Shown: piece after piece, positions 43,119 to 53,997 of the stretch | Position numbering within the stretch: position 1 is the first letter of the stretch | How the letters are laid out: the number at the start of each line of letters is the position of its first letter | The notes under the pieces: model-generated | Database searches by the model: none | Told to the model about the DNA's origin: nothing | Seen by the model: the letters and a program-made list of their open reading frames with translations, nothing else | From: a bacterium | Lineage (GTDB): Bacteria > UBA8248 | Direction of reading: 5' to 3' | Assembly (NCBI GenBank): GCA_965213685.1 | Contig: CBDBZY010000012.1 | Location: 1-64,000, forward strand | Length of the DNA: 64,000 bases | Position numbers and translations under genes: made by a program

Positions 43119-43805
43119 TCACCGCCTCGTCAGGACGATCGGGAAATATCCCCATTCATACGTTTTCCCCAAAGAGACGTGGCGCAGGGGGATGATCAGG
43201 GAGGGCTTCGCGCGCTCCCGGTCGGTCAGTCTCGGGTCGCCCCGAAAATACAGCTGCGTCACCAGAGGCCGGTAGTCCGGGTGGCGGATGTAAAAATGAA
43301 TGTGGGATGGCCGCCCCCAGAACCCGAAGCCGTAATGCCCCGGGTGCACGGTGCGGAGCTGATACAGTCCCCGTCGCGTCGTGCGCATCCGCGCGCGATA
43401 GAGAAAATTCTCTCTCTCGTCCATGCCGTGGTAGCGGCCGTTCGCGTCCGCCTGCCATATGTCGATGGTCGCGCCCGGAAGAGGCTTCTGCGTGTCATGC
43501 CCATAGACGTGGCCGCGGATGATCATGGGCGTGCCCGGCGCGTCGCCCGGCGCCGCGTAGCCGCGAAAAGGCGCCCCTTTTTTGTAAAACGGCCCCCAGG
43601 CATCGGAGGCGGTTGGCTCCCGCCTCTTCGGGAGTGCTCCATCCGCCGATTCGCCTTGCGCGCGCAAGATTTTTTCGAATTCCCCCAATTCCCCGTGCGC
43701 TGGCGTGGGCGCCAGCGTCTTTTGAAGCGCGAAGCCGCCCGCCCCCAGCGCCGTCAGTCCGAGCAGAGCGTTTTTGAGCAACTCCCGCCTGTCCCATTTT
43801 TTCAT
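43119..43805 (-). CDS. Intradiol ring-cleavage dioxygenase-like protein with Tat signal
   Basis: MKKWDRRELLK twin-Arg, GPFY, DIWQADANGRY, PGHY, RPSHIH, TQLYF. Confidence 0.85.
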   Translation of the reverse strand: MKKWDRRELLKNALLGLTALGAGGFALQKTLAPTPAHGELGEFEKILRAQGESADGALPKRREPTASDAWGPFYKKGAPFRGYAAPGDAPGTPMIIRGHVYGHDTQKPLPGATIDIWQADANGRYHGMDERENFLYRARMRTTRRGLYQLRTVHPGHYGFGFWGRPSHIHFYIRHPDYRPLVTQLYFRGDPRLTDRERAKPSLIIPLRHVSLGKTYEWGYFPIVLTRR

Positions 43806-43855
43806 GGCGACCCCCTCCCTCTCGCTCTCCAAACCCCGCAGGCGGCGCGCGGGAA

Positions 43856-44242
43856 TCAGCCGCGCTGGGCCATTTCGATGCTGATGTTGTCCGGACCTTT
43901 GATGAAGGCGATCTTCACGCCCGGCCGGATCTCCCAAGGCTCGCAAATCCACTCGGCGCCCTTCTCGGTGAGCTCCTTTTGCGCTTCATCCATGTTGTCG
44001 ACCAGAAGGCCGAAGTGATCCAGCCCGTAGCGGGGCTCGGAGCCCGTCCGCACCGGGTCTTCTCCCTGCGCCCTTCCGGAGACGAGAAAGACCATGCCGT
44101 TCAAGTCCATCTGGAACGACGGGGCACCGCCCAGCTCCCTCTCCTCCAGGACGGCGGCGCCGAACATGCGGATCCAGAAGTCGCGGGCGGCGTGCGGGTC
44201 TTCGCTCCGGAAGTGCAGATGATCGTATGCGTATTTCGCCAT
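43856..44242 (-). CDS. VOC/glyoxalase family protein
   Basis: DHLH, DHFG, FIKGPDNISIE. Confidence 0.88.
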   Translation of the reverse strand: MAKYAYDHLHFRSEDPHAARDFWIRMFGAAVLEERELGGAPSFQMDLNGMVFLVSGRAQGEDPVRTGSEPRYGLDHFGLLVDNMDEAQKELTEKGAEWICEPWEIRPGVKIAFIKGPDNISIEMAQRG

Positions 44243-44378
44243 GCGGCAGTCCCCCTCCAGAAGTGGCGCCAGACCATCGGGTGAAATGACGTGCGCGATT
44301 CTCGTCGGACGTGGCGCGCCTGGATTCCAAGGGTTGGGGCCGGCGGGAGCCGGCGGGCAACCGGGGAGGGATGCGGGC

Positions 44379-45020
44379 CTACCCAGGCCCTCCCTCTTCC
44401 GTCTTCATGAGTTTTTCCGCTTCGGCCATCTCGTGGAACAGCTGGCAGGTGGCCGAAAAATCCCTTTCCAGTTTATCGAAGAGTCGTCTGGTTTGCTCGG
44501 GAGAGATGACTTTTGCGAGCTGGCCGTGGACCGCCTGCCACGTGTGCGTTCCGCGCTCCCCGCGCTGGAGGGCCGTCTCCTCGCTCGCCGTGATGGCGTC
44601 GTACGCCTCGTGCTCCAGGTCGAGCAGATCCCGGAGGACGGGTTCGTAGTTCGGATCGTCGGCCTCAATGTACCGCATGAGGTAGGGGCGGAATTCGCGC
44701 GTCGTCTCCATCGCCTCCGGGTCGGACATCTCGCGCATGGTCTGGCATGTAGCGGAGAAATCCCTCTCGAGGCGGTCGAACACCTGCTCGATGTGGAAGG
44801 GGGTCAAAATATCGGTCAGCGCCGTGAAAACGACGTGCCACGTCCGGGTGCCCCTCTGCCCGCGCCCCAGGTCCGCATCCGCGCCAGCCGTAATCTCGTC
44901 ATACACCTCGTGTTCATACTCGAGCAGATCCCGGAGAACAGGCTCGTGGTTGGGATCGTTGGAGTGCAGATACCGCATGAGGTAGGGTTTGAACTTCCGT
45001 ATCTTGTGGAGTCTGGCCAT
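44379..45020 (-). CDS. Hypothetical protein of two tandem ~100-aa repeats
   Basis: PYLMRY..DPN.EPVLRDLL..EHE.YD.IT....RG.RGT.TW...LERDFSATCQ occurs twice, exactly 300 nt apart. Confidence 0.8.
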   Translation of the reverse strand: MARLHKIRKFKPYLMRYLHSNDPNHEPVLRDLLEYEHEVYDEITAGADADLGRGQRGTRTWHVVFTALTDILTPFHIEQVFDRLERDFSATCQTMREMSDPEAMETTREFRPYLMRYIEADDPNYEPVLRDLLDLEHEAYDAITASEETALQRGERGTHTWQAVHGQLAKVISPEQTRRLFDKLERDFSATCQLFHEMAEAEKLMKTEEGGPG

Positions 45021-45267
45021 CGCGTCTTGTCCCCGTGTCGAGCAGCCGCCGGAATCTCGCGAGGATGGAGAGAATGCGCATGAGCGGGGGGAGGCGAGAC
45101 GCCCCCCGCATCCCCCTCCCCTGAACGGCCCTCTCCAGCGCACCATATCACGAATCCGGGCAGTTCCGCTACGAAATGATGCGCGACTATGGCATGCTCC
45201 CTTCGCAGCGTCTGCATCCTGGTCGCATACCGGCACGGAAAAACAAACGACACGGAGAAATACGACA

Positions 45268-46389
45268 ATGGAAGATGTGCGCGTCGAGCGAATGGCCGAG
45301 ATCATAACGGGGTATTCTGTGCGCCTGAAGCGAGGCGATGTCGTGGGCATCCGGGGCAGCACGGCGGCCGAGCCCCTGATTCGCGCGGTGTATGCCGAGT
45401 GCGTCCGGCGCGGGGCGCATCCCTATACCCATGTGGGGCTGACGGGGCTGGATGAGATTTTTTATCAATACGCCAACCGCCGGCAGTTGACCCACCTCTC
45501 GTCCATGGCGCGGTTTGAGGTGGAAAACGCGGACGTCATCATCAGCATCCTGTCCGAGACGAACACCCGGCGGCTCTCGGGCGTCGACCCCAAAAAACAG
45601 GCACTCGCGTCCAAGGCCAGGCAGCCCATCATGGAAACGTTCATGAAGCGCTCCGCCCAGTATGAGAAGACGGGGCGGGAGGGATTGCGGTGGACGCTGA
45701 CCCTGTTTCCCACGGAAGCCTACGCGCAGGACGCTGAGATGGGGATGCGGGAGTATGAGGATTTCGTCTTCGGCGCGTGTTTCGCCGACGAGCCAGACGG
45801 CATCCGCCGGTGGCGGGGGCTGAACAGGCGCCAGGCGCGGGTGATTCGCTACCTGGAAGGCCGCAAGGTGGTGGAGATCGGGGGGCCGGGCACCGACTTG
45901 CGGGTCGGCATCGCGGGGCGCCCGTTCATGAACTGCTCGGGGCATCACAATTTCCCGGATGGCGAGATTTTCACCGGGCCGGAGGAGGGGAAGATCGACG
46001 GCAAGATTCGCTATTCCTTTCCGGCCTGCCTCTCGGGGCGCGAGGTGGAGGGGGTGGAGCTGGAGTTCGAGAAGGGGGAGGTCGTGAAGGCCCGGGCGGA
46101 GAAAAATGAGGCCTTTCTGAAATCGATGATCGGCATGGACGCCGGCGCGCGCCGGGCGGGGGAGTTCGCCTTTGGCCTCAACTACGGCATCCAGCGCTTC
46201 ACCAAGAACACGCTGTTCGACGAGAAAATCGGCGGCACCCTGCACATCGCCTTGGGCAAGGGTTATCCGCAGAGCGGCTCGAAGAACGATTCCGCCCTTC
46301 ATTGGGATATGGTGTGCGACCTGCGCGAGGGGGGCGAGGTGTACGTGGACGGCAAGCTGTTCTCCCAAAACGGGGAGTTGAAGATTTAA
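45268..46389 (+). CDS. M29 aminopeptidase (AmpS/AmpT-like)
   Basis: NFPDGEIFT, GEFAFG, FDEKIGGTLHIALG, SALHWD. Confidence 0.93.
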   Translation: MEDVRVERMAEIITGYSVRLKRGDVVGIRGSTAAEPLIRAVYAECVRRGAHPYTHVGLTGLDEIFYQYANRRQLTHLSSMARFEVENADVIISILSETNTRRLSGVDPKKQALASKARQPIMETFMKRSAQYEKTGREGLRWTLTLFPTEAYAQDAEMGMREYEDFVFGACFADEPDGIRRWRGLNRRQARVIRYLEGRKVVEIGGPGTDLRVGIAGRPFMNCSGHHNFPDGEIFTGPEEGKIDGKIRYSFPACLSGREVEGVELEFEKGEVVKARAEKNEAFLKSMIGMDAGARRAGEFAFGLNYGIQRFTKNTLFDEKIGGTLHIALGKGYPQSGSKNDSALHWDMVCDLREGGEVYVDGKLFSQNGELKI

Positions 46390-46487
46390 TGGGCGGGCGG
46401 TGAATACAACCTCTTTATGCGGACGCGCTAACCCGGTGCTTGGCGATACGGGAAATTTGATAGACAGGCGGTGAATGCAACCTCTTT
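46343..46487 (+). repeat. Imperfect tandem duplication (~71-74 bp) of the aminopeptidase 3' end
   Basis: 46381-46416 versus 46452-46487: 29/36 identical and all 7 differences are A/G. Confidence 0.8.
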
Positions 46488-46554
46488 CGCGCCGGATCGG
46501 GAGATGGTCGCCGAAAGGCGGGGATGCTATTCTCCTGCGACTGCTTCTCTACAT

Positions 46555-46630
46555 GGGCGGGTAGCTCAGTTGGCAGAGCGGTGCCCTTACAAGGCATAGG
46601 TCGGAGGTTCGAGCCCTCTCCCGCCCACCA
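46555..46630 (+). tRNA. tRNA-Val (TAC)
   Basis: 76-nt cloverleaf: GGGCGGG/CCCGCCC acceptor, anticodon loop CTTACAA, TTCGA T-loop, encoded CCA. Confidence 0.97.
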
Positions 46631-46659
46631 GAGAGCAGGTGAGGCGAAGGAGCGTTTCC

Positions 46660-47427
46660 GTGGCTGAGCCGAAGGTGTATCTGTTCTGGGATAACTCGAA
46701 CATATTTATATCGGCTCGACAGGTCGTTCCGTACAAAGATCCCCGAGCGGTCGAGAACGCTCTCCGGGTCCACTTCCTGAATCTCTACAAGCTGGCTGTG
46801 GCGGGTCGTAGTTACGGCGGAGGAATGGCGGTTGGATCCGTTCCTCCCGAACAGCGTGGTCTTTGGGGGAAGATGAAAGAGGATACCGGCATTGACCTGG
46901 TGCTTTTGGAGCGCGGCGAAATTTCGGGAACGGAACAGGGCGTCGACCAAATGTTGCAGACGCACATGCTTCGCACCGCGCTGGATAATCAGGATAACCC
47001 CCAAGTAGCCGTTCTGCCTTACCGGAGATGGCGCCGGCTTCAGCGATGGCACCGGTTTCCCACGCGGATTATGGAGCGTTTATACAAAAATGGTTGGGGA
47101 GTCGAAGTTCTGGCCTGGGACGTCTCGTGCAAGAGAGAGTTGAAAGAATGGGCGGAAAAGGTTGGCGTTTACGTGAAAACTTGAAGATTACTACGATTCG
47201 GTTACCTACATGGAAGGGGGGCGTCCGGGCGAAAAGCCTGAGGTTTGACCAGAAGGCACAAGGCCACGAACAGGAGAAGCCCCAATGCTATCCGCCTCGA
47301 CGAACTTGCGAGAGAAAACGAAATTTTGAAGCAAAGGTTGGGTTCTCGTGAAAAATATAATGAGAAACAGAAAAAAGGGACAAATTGCATCAGGGCAAGC
47401 GAAGGAAAAGGCGAAACCGCTGAATAG
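46660..47427 (+). CDS. NYN/LabA (PIN-fold) domain protein; multiple apparent frameshifts after ~47015, end approximate
   Basis: FWDNSNI, EQGVD, and LLTGDG plus GWGVEVLAW once single-base insertions are removed. Confidence 0.75.
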
Positions 47428-47440
47428 CCGCTGCCTGCAA

Positions 47441-47476
47441 AGGCGCCCGGCCCGGAGGCCTCCGGCCCGGGCGTCT
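47441..47476. terminator. GC-rich palindrome between convergent genes
   Basis: AGGCGCCCGG-C-CCGGAGG / CCTCCGG-C-CCGGGCGTCT. Confidence 0.55.
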
Positions 47477-47526
47477 CTGCTTATATCGGCAGACCGCTAC
47501 GGGTGCTTGTTCTTCTCCGCCGACGC

Positions 47527-49263
47527 TCATTTCGCCACCGCACCGGGCCGCCCTTTGGAGATGATCGGCAAGAGCAGGTGGCGACCGCGCACTCGGGGCC
47601 CGTGTGCAGGGTGGTGCGGCCGCCAAAAACCTCTTTCGCCCGGTCGACGGGATGGTCATGAAGAAACGGCCCCGAGCCCGCGCGAGGGCACGTAGGCTTC
47701 GACCGCCGGCCCCGGCCTGTCGAAATCCTGACCGGCGATGTTGACGGCCAGACGAAAGCCTTCGGGCAGGACGATGCACTGGGGCCAGATTTCCACGTCG
47801 AGTTCGTACATCCGCCCGGGCGTCAGCGGCTGCTTGTCGTCGTGGGTGTGGTACGGCCGCCAGGGCGTGGATTGCTCCGCGTCCAGCTTGCGGTGAGAGG
47901 CGCGCAGCCACCCCTGGGCGAGCGGCGTCTTGGGGTCTACCGTGCCCTGGAAGTAGACCTCTTGCCCCTCGGGCGAGAACGCCTGGACGGTGACGAACAA
48001 ATCGGCGTCTTTGGTGGACGAGGAGACGAACAGCTTGGCCGCCATGGGGCCCGTGATCTCGGTCCTCCTCCTGGAGCGGCGGCGTCATCAGGGTGATGCC
48101 GCGGGTCAGCGCCTCGAAGGTTTTGGAGCCATTGTCCTTCGGCGCCTGCCAGTCGAGCCTCCCCTCGCCGCCCGCGTGCAGGTACAGCTTCGTCCCACTC
48201 GGTGCCCTTGAGGGGCCATTCGTGCTCCTTGCGCAATTCCACCTCGTCCGTGAAGGGACGCCGGATGTTGAGCCATACCCGCGGCTCCTTCTCCCAGCCG
48301 TTGCGCTCTCCCTTGAGATAGTAGTCGAAGAAGCGTTTTTGCAGCTGCATCCCGTATTCGAGATAGAACCACTCCTCGTGTCTGCCGGGGTGCGCCTCGA
48401 GCCATTTCTCCTTGGATGCCGCCTGCGTGAAGGCCTCGAAGTTGCCGCGCGGGTGCAGGCCGAAGCCCGCCCAGCTCGCCGCGCTGAGGAAGGGGACGGT
48501 CACGCGCGACCAGTCCGGCGAGCGGGAGCGGTACCAGTCGTCGTCCATCTCGCGGGCCAGGAAGTTCTCCAGCGTGTCGGCCCCGGTTCTCCGCGAGCTC
48601 TTCTTTCGAGAGGGTCGCCGGGCCCGTCGAGCGCGTCTCCATCCAATGGTCGCGCGGGCCGTCGGGGTTGCCGTGCTGCACAGCCTCGACTTGGCGCGGA
48701 TACCAGATTTCCATGAACTTGTTGGAGAGAATGCCGCCGTGTCGCGCCCAGTCGCGGTAGTGGTCGGCGGCCCCCTCCCAGGGGATCATGGCCGTGAGGT
48801 GCTTGGGCTGCAACGCGGCGACCTGCCATTGGTTGATGGCGTAATAGGAGACGCCGTTCAGTCCCACCTTGCCGTTCGACCAGCTCTGGCGTCCCGCCCA
48901 TTCGATGGCGCCTGCGAAAATCCCCTGGTTTCGCGGGGGGAGAAAATGTCGAGATAGCCGGGCGAGCGTCCCGCCCCGCGCGAATCCAGGCGGGACGCAG
49001 GCGTAGCCCCACGGAACCCAAATCTCGGGGTCCACCGTCTCCCACGTCAGCCATCGGTGCTCGGAGCCGGCCAGTATGTCGGGGTTGCATCTTCACCAGG
49101 GAGTCCCAGAGCGGCTTGTAGTGCTCTGATACTTGACGCCCTTGCCGTAGGGGCCGCCGGCCATGACGACGGGCACCGGCTCCTCTGTGTCCGGCCTGTA
49201 GACGTCTACCCGCAACACCACGCCGTCGTCCATTTCGACGGGCAAGTCACGTTCGATGATCAT
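47527..49263 (-). CDS. CocE/NonD family hydrolase; many apparent frameshifts
   Basis: MDDGVVLRVDVYRP, GPYGK, WETVDPE.W, WSNGKVGLNGVSY, LRASHRKLD, HLLLPII. Confidence 0.85.
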
Positions 49264-49590
49264 ATGCGTTCTCCCGTTTTCCAGATAAGAACGAAGCCGT
49301 CCCGAATACGGCGTTCTTCGGGCGGGTCATGCTTCCGCGTGGAGGGACAGGAGAACAATTATGCGGGAGGTCGCCGTATTTTTCAATTTGGGCCCCCGCG
49401 CCTCTTCCCGTCTTCGCGCGTCCAGGGAGGGCCTCTCCCCCCCGGGCGGGACGGTGCGCGAAAGCCGCGCGCGCGTTCACTGGATGTCGATAAGCGATTA
49501 TCATCGGCGAGAGGGGGTCTCGCGTTTGCGGTTTTTGGACGCGGGGGCAGGCGCCGCGCGCTCTCATGGACGCAGAGGGGGGTGAACGAG

Positions 49591-50051
49591 ATGCCTTTGA
49601 AGAAGTACGTCGACGAAATCGATCGCCATATCGCAACCTGGATGAAACCGCTACGGCCGGTTGCTGCTCCGCGTTTCGCTCGCCGTGATTTTCATCTGGT
49701 TCGGCATCCTCAAACCCTTCGGGGCGAGTGCGGCGGCCGAACTCGTGCGCCGCACGGTCTATTGGCTTCCGCCGGATTTTTTCATCCCCCTCCTCGGCTG
49801 GTGGGAGGTGGCGATAGGCGTGGGGCTGCTTTTCCGCCCACTCATCCGCGTCGCCCTGTTCCTGCTCTTCTTGCAAATGCCGGGGCACGGCTCTGCCCCT
49901 CGTCCTCCTGCCCGAGGTCTGCTTCACCCAGGTTCCCTTCGCTCCCACGCTCGAGGGACAATACATCATCAAAAACCTCATCCTCCTGAGCGCCGCCATC
50001 GTCGTGGGCGGTGCGGTGCGCCGGGAGGAGGACGCGCATCCGCGCACCTGA
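49591..50051 (+). CDS. DoxX/YkgB-like membrane protein; two apparent frameshifts
   Basis: [31 protein letters not shown]. Confidence 0.75.
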
Positions 50052-50146
50052 CGGCTCGCTGAAAGGGGCGGGCAAAAAAATGCTATAGTGCTTTCCCGTT
50101 GCTATCGATATATCCGCCATCATCATTTTCTCGGACGGGAGCGATC

Positions 50147-50540
50147 ATGAATGAGCCGCGAATCACCGCGCAGGATGTGTTGAACGCCAGTGCGGGCTGT
50201 CTGCAAAAGCAGATGTACGTCTATTTCACCAGGCCGGCGAACGGCATGGGGCCGGTGATGGCGAATCTGGAGGATCACCTGGAATTCCAGGTCGCCCTGG
50301 AGCAACGGGGCGTCATGTTCGGTGCGGGTCCATTCTGGACGGATGACGAGAAGGGCTGGGAGGGGGAGGGCATGGTCATCATCCGCGCCGGCTCCCTGGG
50401 GGAGGGCGCGAAAAATCGCCGAGTCGGACCCCATGCACGCCAGCGGGGCGCGCACGTTCACGATACGCCCCTGGCTGCTGAACGAGGGCGCCGTGACGAT
50501 GCGGGTCACCTATTCGGACGGGAAGCGGGAGGTCATATGA
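50147..50540 (+). CDS. YciI family protein; apparent frameshift ~50400
   Basis: DHLEF, GAGPF, GMVIIRA, SDPMH..G.R, PWLLNEG. Confidence 0.82.
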
Positions 50541-50577
50541 CGCGGCGCGGTTTTCTCCTTGAGGAGGTGGAGGAAAG

Positions 50578-51451
50578 ATGAACTGGATCCCAAGACGAGA
50601 GAAATTTCGCGCCCTGCTCTGCGGCGAGCGATGCGTTCATCCAGCGTCGGTGTATGATCCCCTCTCCGCGCGCATGGCGGAGGAAATTGGCTTCGAGGCC
50701 GGCATTTTCGCTGGCTCCACCGCTTCGCTCACCGTGCTGGGTGCGCCTGACATCACGTTGCTGACGTTGACGGAATTCGCCGAGCAAGCCCTCCGGATCA
50801 ACCGCGCGACGAACATCCCCCTGCTGGTGGACGCGGATCACGGTTATGGCAACGCGCTGAACGTGAAGAGAACGGTCGAGGAGCTGGAGACGGCGGGCCG
50901 TGGCGGCCCTCTCGATAGAGGACACGATACTCCCCCGGGCGTTCGGTGCGGCGGGGGCTGCGCAGCTCAGCAGCGTCGAGGAGGGCGTCGGCAAAATGCG
51001 CGCCGCCCTGGAGGGGCGCCAGGACCCGACTCTCGTCATCGCGGGCCGGACGAGTGCGTCGCGCCTCACGGGGACGGAGGACGCCATCGCGCGGGTGCGG
51101 GCCTACGAGGCGGCGGGCGTGGACGCCATTTTTCTGGTGGGCGTCCAGAGCCGGGAGCAGCTGGAGGCCATCTCGGCGGCGGTGACCCTTCCCATTATCC
51201 TGGGCGGCAGCAGAAAAGAGGTGCGGGGGCTGGATTATCTCTCCGGCCAGGGCGTGCGCGTCGCACTCCAGGGACATCAGCCCATCATGGCGGCGGCCCA
51301 CGCGGCCTATTCCATCTTGAAGGCGTTCCGGGACGGCGCGACGCCCGAGGAGTTGGAGAACGTGCCCTCGGCCGACTTTATGAAAAAATACATAAAAGAC
51401 GCCGACTATCGACGCCAGATGCAGGCGTTTTTGGGCGATGGAGAGGGATGA
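50578..51451 (+). CDS. Isocitrate lyase/PEP mutase family (oxaloacetate decarboxylase-like); apparent frameshift ~50897
   Basis: [35 protein letters not shown]. Confidence 0.85.
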
Positions 51452-51583
51452 TTCATCGCGCGCGCGTCCGACGCTTTTCGCCCGGCGCGCCGAAAGCGCC
51501 GCCTCCCGGATGACGAAAGGCGTTGGGGGTGAATATACTGCGCGGGCCATTCCCATGGAAAAGCCGCGCGCCGGGAGAATTTC

Positions 51584-52727
51584 GTGGCCATAGAGCTGGC
51601 ATGGTACATGTCTTGCGACGGGGACAGCGCGCACATCGGCCAGAAGTACGCCGACCACCCCCCGAGCTACGACACGTTCACCCGGATCGCCCAAAACGCC
51701 GAGCGCAGCGGCTTTACCACCATTCTGGTGCCGACCTCCCAGGTGAGCGGCCACTATGGGCCGCAGGCTCCCACGTGGGACAGCATCGTGAACGCGGCGG
51801 TCATCGGCCCGGCGACGAAGACGATAAAACTTCTTTTGGCGGTGCGGGTGGGAATTATCGACCCGGCCATCTGCGCCCGGATGATGGCCTCGCTCGATGA
51901 GCTCACCAACGGCCGCATTCTCTATAATATCGTGACGGGCGGCGCCGCGCTCTCGAACTATGGCGAGGAGCTGGATCACGATGCGCGCTATGAGCGGACG
52001 GACGAATATCTGCAGATCCTCGAGGGGTTGTGGACGCAGGAAAAATACTCGTTCGAGGGGAATTTCTACCGCCTGAAAGACGCCACCGTATATCCCCGGC
52101 CCGTGCAGAAGCCGAGGATCCACTATTTCATGGCGGGTGCCTCGGACGTCGCGCAGGACATCGCCATCCGGCGGGCGGAGTATTCGGTGTTCTGGGGGGA
52201 GAGCCCGGAGCAGGTGGCGGAGCGCGTCGAGCATATGAACGGGAAATGCGAGCGGGCGGGGCGCACCCGGGCGCTGAAGTATGTGACGCGCTTTCAAATC
52301 TTCGCGCGCGAGACGGAGGCGGAAGCCTTCGAGGCGGCGGAGGAGGTGATGCGCCGGGTGGACCCGGACGTCCTGGCGCATCGGGGGAAGGTGATCTCCT
52401 CGTTCGACAGCAAGGGAACCCGGGAGCAAACAGGCGCGCGCGCGCGAGGAGATGGTGGGGCCGAACCTCTGGGCGGGCATGGGCCGGATTCGCTCGGGCT
52501 CCGCCGTCGCCATCGTGGGCTCGTATGCGCAATGCGCGCAGAAGATCATCGAGATCGAGCAGGCCGGGGTGGATTTGCTGATCCTCTCCGCCTTCCCCCT
52601 CCATGGAGAGTGCGAGAACGTGGGAGAGCATGTGATTCCGCGCGTGCGCGAGATGGAAAGAGAGCTGGGCCTGGTCCATGCGGAGGACGCATCGTTTTTA
52701 TTTCCGGGCGGGCGGGCCTCCGCCTAG
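51584..52727 (+). CDS. LLM-class flavin-dependent monooxygenase (SsuD-like); apparent frameshift ~52440
   Basis: AERSGF, LLAVR, GRILYNIVTGG, HDARYERTDEY, GPNLWAG, IVGS. Confidence 0.85.
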
Positions 52728-52804
52728 TTTGTCGTGGATGCCGGCCAGTGCGCATGGGCGGAAAGCCGGGTTTCCTATCCTTTCACCGATGAGGGCGAAC
52801 CTAC

Positions 52805-53984
52805 ATGGATTTTGATTTGAACGAAGAGCAGCGGGCGTGGCGGCAGAAGGCGAGAAAATTCGCGGAGGAAGAGATTGCGCCCATATCCCTGGAGCGGGAT
52901 CAGATGTCCGATCCGCGCGAGACGTTTGACTGGGAGATCATCAAGAAGGGGTCGCGGCTCGGTTTTCGCACCGCCGTCGTTCCTAGGGAGCGCGGAGGAG
53001 GCGGCATCGACTTCGCCACCCAGGCGCTGGTGATGGAGGAACTCGCGCGCGGCGACAGCGCGATATCCAAAACCTTCAGCCAGTGCTGGAAGTGGAGCCA
53101 CCTGATAGCGGCCTCTTGCACGGATGATCAGAAAGACAGGTTTCTGAAGCCGTTTCTGGAGGACGACACCTATCTCCTTGGCAAGGGAGGAACGGAGGCG
53201 GCGGCGGGTTCGGACAATCGCCTGCCCACGGACGATTCCGAGAACGGGCTGGAAGCTGCAGGCGGTGCGCGACGGCGAGGCCTGGGTGCTGAACGGACGC
53301 AAGCGCTACATCGCCAACGGAAGCGTGGGCAAGCTCTTCTTCATCGACGGCAGGACGAACCCCGACGTCCCCCTGACGGAGGGCACCACGCTTTTTCTGG
53401 TGCCGGCGGATACGCCCGGGTTCCGCGTGGGGAAGGTGTATGACAAAATCGGCTGGCGCTTTTATCAGAATGCGGAGCTGATTTTCGAGGACGCCCGCGT
53501 GCCGCACGCCAACGTGGTGGGCGAGGTGAACCGGGGGGGTGCAGGCGCGAAAGGGCGATACGTCGGAGTTCGGCGACCTGGAGGCTCTCCGCCAACGGGC
53601 TGGGCGTGTGCCAGGCGGCGGTCGACATGGCGATGGCCCATGCGCGCACGCGCTGGCAGGGCGGCCAAATACATCATCGGGCACCAGGCCATTCAGCTGA
53701 AGCTCTCCGAGATGCACATGCTCACCGAGGCGCTCCGGTCATATGTCATGCGCACCGCGTGCGACCTGGAGAAGGGCGCCGACCGCGACATGAAACACAA
53801 CGTCCTGCTGATGAACTTTGCCACGGACGTGATCCAGCGCGTCACCCACCTGAACATGGACATTCACGGGGGGGCCGGCGTCATGAAGGACGTCGGGGCG
53901 GAGAAACTGGTTCGCGACGCGGCGGTCTGGACGCACCTGGCCGGCGACGCCGTCCAGCGCATCAAGGTCATCAAACACCTGTGA
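52805..53984 (+). CDS. Acyl-CoA dehydrogenase-fold flavoprotein; several apparent frameshifts
   Basis: MDFDLNEEQ, EELARGD, TEAAAGSD, LNGRKRYIANG, IHGGAG, EKLVRDA. Confidence 0.85.
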
Positions 53985-53997
53985 GCGGGAGAGTCCC

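Noticed and set aside
46555-49500. Integrated prophage or island at tRNA-Val
   Set aside because: No integrase, no duplicated tRNA 3' end and no phage structural genes seen.
49488-49503. Fur-box-like CGATAAGCGATTATCA
   Set aside because: Half-site spacing is one base off the 7-1-7 form and the neighbours are not iron genes.
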